From a virus (lineage: Duplodnaviria > Caudoviricetes): a DNA stretch of 45,651 nucleotides. The notes beneath the pieces are model-generated. The model saw only the letters and a program-made list of their open reading frames with translations. It searched no databases and was not told the DNA's origin. Below, in pieces: positions 43,260-45,651 of the stretch. The position numbers and the translations under genes are program-made. The stretch is from the IMG/VR virus record IMGVR_UViG_3300037478_000106, positions 1 to 45,651 of that record, one strand, 5' to 3'. Each line of letters starts with the position of its first letter. The stretch's first letter is position 1.

Positions 43260-43491
43260 CCCGCCCCTCCCGTCTCGCCACCGGGGGCGCGGCGTGGAGC
43301 GTGGCGTAGATGCGACCACACGCGGCGCACGCCGACCCGACTATGCGATTGATGTGCCCGCACTCGCACAGCCAGTTGGTTCGCGCCACCGCCTCCCCGG
43401 GGCCCCCGGCGTGAGATGGGTAGCACTTTACGCACCACTCACTTCCCGGCACTGCGAGGCGTGAACACGCTGAACATTTACGGCCGCTCAT
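43252..43491 (-). CDS. Double zinc-finger protein, 79 aa
   Basis: CSAC...CVKC and RanBP2-like WLCECGHIN...CAAC. Confidence 0.65.
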   Translation of the reverse strand: MSGRKCSACSRLAVPGSEWCVKCYPSHAGGPGEAVARTNWLCECGHINRIVGSACAACGRIYATLHAAPPVARREGRDD

Positions 43492-43853
43492 AACTCCCCT
43501 CCGGCGCTCGGCGGGACGCGGGAGGCGCTGAGGTGCCGCGTCTCCTGCACCACGTAGGTCAGCATCGCCTCGTCCACGTCGCGCAAGACGGGACGCGACC
43601 GAAGGTCCTGCACGATACGGTGGACCTCCGAGGACTCATCACCCACCGCCTGCACGAACTCGGCTTCCGTCTCGTGTGGCGGGACGCGGGAAGCGAGAAC
43701 GGCGGTGAGGATGTCGCGCACGAGGCTATCGCACGCCTCAGCGGTTGCGATGTGTACGCCATTCAGAGCAGTCTCGGTCACAACGCGCATCCCTGCGGCG
43801 TGCATCCGTGAGAACTGCTCCCCCTCCGTGCGGTCGCGCTCAGGGTTAGACAC
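43488..43853 (-). CDS. Hypothetical protein, ~121 aa
   Basis: GGAGG before the GTG at 43853. Confidence 0.55.
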   Translation of the reverse strand: MSNPERDRTEGEQFSRMHAAGMRVVTETALNGVHIATAEACDSLVRDILTAVLASRVPPHETEAEFVQAVGDESSEVHRIVQDLRSRPVLRDVDEAMLTYVVQETRHLSASRVPPSAGGEL

Positions 43854-44187
43854 TGGGGGCCTCCGTCGCGCGGCGTTGAAGTCGCTCAATCTCTGCCACG
43901 ATGAGTGCACCCGCCTTCACCAGCTCGCGCACGCGATTGCGGGGCTTCGGCTTCCACCAATACCAGTGCCAGCTACTCGGCCAGAGGGCATGAGCCAGCG
44001 TCTCGTCGAGTACCTTCTGCCTGCGTGTCGCTGGCGGAAGTGCGTATAGTGCGGCCACGATAGCCAGTGAGTTGTCATCGTGCTCGTCGTCGTGGTCGTC
44101 GGTCCACCCCTCGACTGCCTTCTGCCGCGCGCGCTCCGCGACGATGAGCCCTACGGCGTCCGTCCGGTCGCGCTCAGGCGGGGTCAC
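43846..44187 (-). CDS. Widespread phage helical protein (possible MazG-like fold), 113 aa
   Basis: AERARQ..EGWT..HDD.H...WP...WWKP...LVKAGALIVAEIERL; GGAGG before the GTG. Confidence 0.7.
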   Translation of the reverse strand: MTPPERDRTDAVGLIVAERARQKAVEGWTDDHDDEHDDNSLAIVAALYALPPATRRQKVLDETLAHALWPSSWHWYWWKPKPRNRVRELVKAGALIVAEIERLQRRATEAPSV

Positions 44188-44288
44188 TTGATACCTCCAA
44201 AGCGTGTAAGGTGAAAGATCCATACAGCAAGAACCCACAAGAACGCAAGTCCTGTCATGATATCTACTACTACATCTGAGTTCTTCAT
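44184..44288 (-). CDS. 34-aa single-TM peptide, absent from the ORF track
   Basis: MKNSDVVVDIMTGLAFLWVLAVWIFHLTRFGGIK; ATGA/GTGA overlaps. Confidence 0.5.
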   Translation of the reverse strand: MKNSDVVVDIMTGLAFLWVLAVWIFHLTRFGGIK

Positions 44289-44536
44289 AGCACGCTCGGA
44301 TGAAGTTTCATTCCGTTAGGGAAGACAACGAAGAAGAACTTGTCATCAACTACATGGCGCGAAGCACTGACTAGCTCTGTATGAGACAGTCCAGTGCTTT
44401 CAAGAAACCGACATTCGATTGAGACAACAGTCTTACCTACAGGTTCTGCGATGATCTGCCGTGGCCGCAGAGGGAACATGCAGTTTGCGCAGAAGCCCTT
44501 CGGTGCATTCTTGTCGATGTGCGAGCAGCAAGCCAT
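44285..44536 (-). CDS. Hypothetical protein, 83 aa
   Basis: TAATG coupling; CANC motif. Confidence 0.6.
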   Translation of the reverse strand: MACCSHIDKNAPKGFCANCMFPLRPRQIIAEPVGKTVVSIECRFLESTGLSHTELVSASRHVVDDKFFFVVFPNGMKLHPSVL

Positions 44537-44763
44537 TAGGTAAGTACCGTTGAGGTTTCAGCGTAGGCCTTCAAGTGTGCTCTTGCCATGCGGCAGTCCT
44601 TGCCGAGTGGAAGGATCTTTCCTTCAGGAGTCTCCAGGACGTAGCGGTTCTTGTCCTGAAGGTATGGATAGAACCGAATCTTGTGAGTCGTGCTGTAGCC
44701 CAACGTCCTCATCAAACGACGGAGTCGGCTTAGGGATCGAGTGTCGATGCTTTCGGATGGCAT
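44536..44763 (-). CDS. Hypothetical basic protein, 75 aa
   Basis: AAGG RBS; coupled to the next gene. Confidence 0.55.
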   Translation of the reverse strand: MPSESIDTRSLSRLRRLMRTLGYSTTHKIRFYPYLQDKNRYVLETPEGKILPLGKDCRMARAHLKAYAETSTVLT

Positions 44764-45073
44764 AAGGTACCTTTAGATGTGGAACATCAGTGAGAAATCC
44801 GCACTTAGGACAAAGCATTTCAAGGAACAAAGCACCATCAAGCTTTGTTCCTTGTCCAGTGAGGATTAGAGGTGTCTCGCAGAACGTCGACTCAGATTCA
44901 CGCCCGATAGACATAAGGAGTCGCACTTGTGTCTTCGTCTGTGGGAGATCAGATAACCCACAGCCTGCACAGAGAGCCTTGACTTGGGTACGGCCATCAG
45001 GGTAGGTTAGATGCCAGTACCCCGAAGCCATAGACCTGTGACAGCGCTGGCAGGACAGTTGATTGCTAGACGT
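44624..45073 (-). CDS. Zinc-finger protein; probable ACG start at 45073 (first ATG is at 45031)
   Basis: GGAGG-tact-ACG in frame; the extension adds CQRC, partnering CAGC; CPKC later. Confidence 0.55.
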   Translation of the reverse strand, partial: TSSNQLSCQRCHRSMASGYWHLTYPDGRTQVKALCAGCGLSDLPQTKTQVRLLMSIGRESESTFCETPLILTGQGTKLDGALFLEMLCPKCGFLTDVPHLKVPYAIRKHRHSIPKPTPSFDEDVGLQHDSQDSVLSIPSGQEPLRPGDS

Positions 45074-45118
45074 AGTACCTCCAGAGGATGATGTGCCGAA
45101 CGCACTGGTGGATGATTC

Positions 45119-45147
45119 AATATAACACTAGACGACCCGCTACGCAA
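45119..45147 (-). promoter_or_regulatory. Sigma70-type promoter
   Basis: TTGCGT-17 bp-TATATT with extended TG. Confidence 0.85.
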
Positions 45148-45154
45148 TGGCGGG

Positions 45155-45520
45155 TCAGAAGTGCTCCTCCTCAGGCTGATTGAAGATCTCATGATAGTCA
45201 ACAGCCGGAAGGACTAGCCACCTGGTGCCCTCATAGAGGACTGCGCGACTCCCATCGGCCCAGATGTAGAGATCACCTTTTATGTAATCGTTATCTCGCG
45301 CGACAGTAAACGCTTCGATTACAGCCGTGAGCGGAGGACGATAAGGTTCTGGCTGTATTATAACTGGAGAGCTATCTGGGCCTTTCCAAGGAACTGCCTG
45401 TCCCGGTTTCCAAGGAACAAACTTCTTACAGTTGCACAACAGCGACATACAATCATCTGTCATGCCTACATGGACACCTGCACGACAGCCGCAGGTACAA
45501 AGATAATCTGGGTCAGGCAT
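45155..45520 (-). CDS. Hypothetical protein with an N-terminal Cys/His cluster, 121 aa
   Basis: MPDPDYLCTCGC...H...C....CNC; the ATG overlaps the end of gene 7..357 in the circle. Confidence 0.65.
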   Translation of the reverse strand: MPDPDYLCTCGCRAGVHVGMTDDCMSLLCNCKKFVPWKPGQAVPWKGPDSSPVIIQPEPYRPPLTAVIEAFTVARDNDYIKGDLYIWADGSRAVLYEGTRWLVLPAVDYHEIFNQPEEEHF

Positions 45521-45651
45521 CTTCGAGGAGTCTCCGCGCATTGAGAAGTGGTGTAGTGATGATGAGGCCAGTCTGAAAATGCCACCGGAAGTAATCAAGC
45601 CCTTGATCTGTCGGCAGGCCTGTTGCGAGCATAGCCATGAGACTCGCATAC
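45507..45651. repeat. Terminal direct repeat, right copy
   Basis: Matches 1..145. Confidence 0.97.

Overview
The window is a complete, circularly permuted tailed-phage genome. A 145-bp terminal direct repeat (1..145 = 45507..45651) gives a unit length of about 45,506 bp. Gene content is podovirus-like (P22/T7-type head, adaptor, nozzle and ejection proteins, no tape measure) and probably lytic, since I found no integrase, repressor or RNA polymerase. The + arm (5.7-31.5 kb) carries terminase, portal, scaffold, major capsid, adaptor, M15 endolysin, tail nozzle and fibre, a GNAT, and ejection proteins including a 1935-aa LPD38-like protein. The - arm (31.6 kb through the junction to 5.3 kb) carries a DUF3987-type ATPase, a UDG-fused family A polymerase, an Acb2/Tad1-like protein, a ParB-methyltransferase fusion, a DUF669/AAA_24/Cas4-like module, an HNH, a classical AAA+ ATPase and many small ORFs. 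Six near-identical sigma70-type promoters drive both arms. The most unusual signals are non-coding: (i) two distant paralogous genes whose 5' and 3' UTRs can each base-pair around the ORF, (ii) two shortened tRNA-like elements in 3' UTRs, (iii) an 8-copy dispersed 20-bp palindrome, and (iv) a ~260-bp nested imperfect inverted repeat. All product calls come from motif recognition by eye, with no database search.
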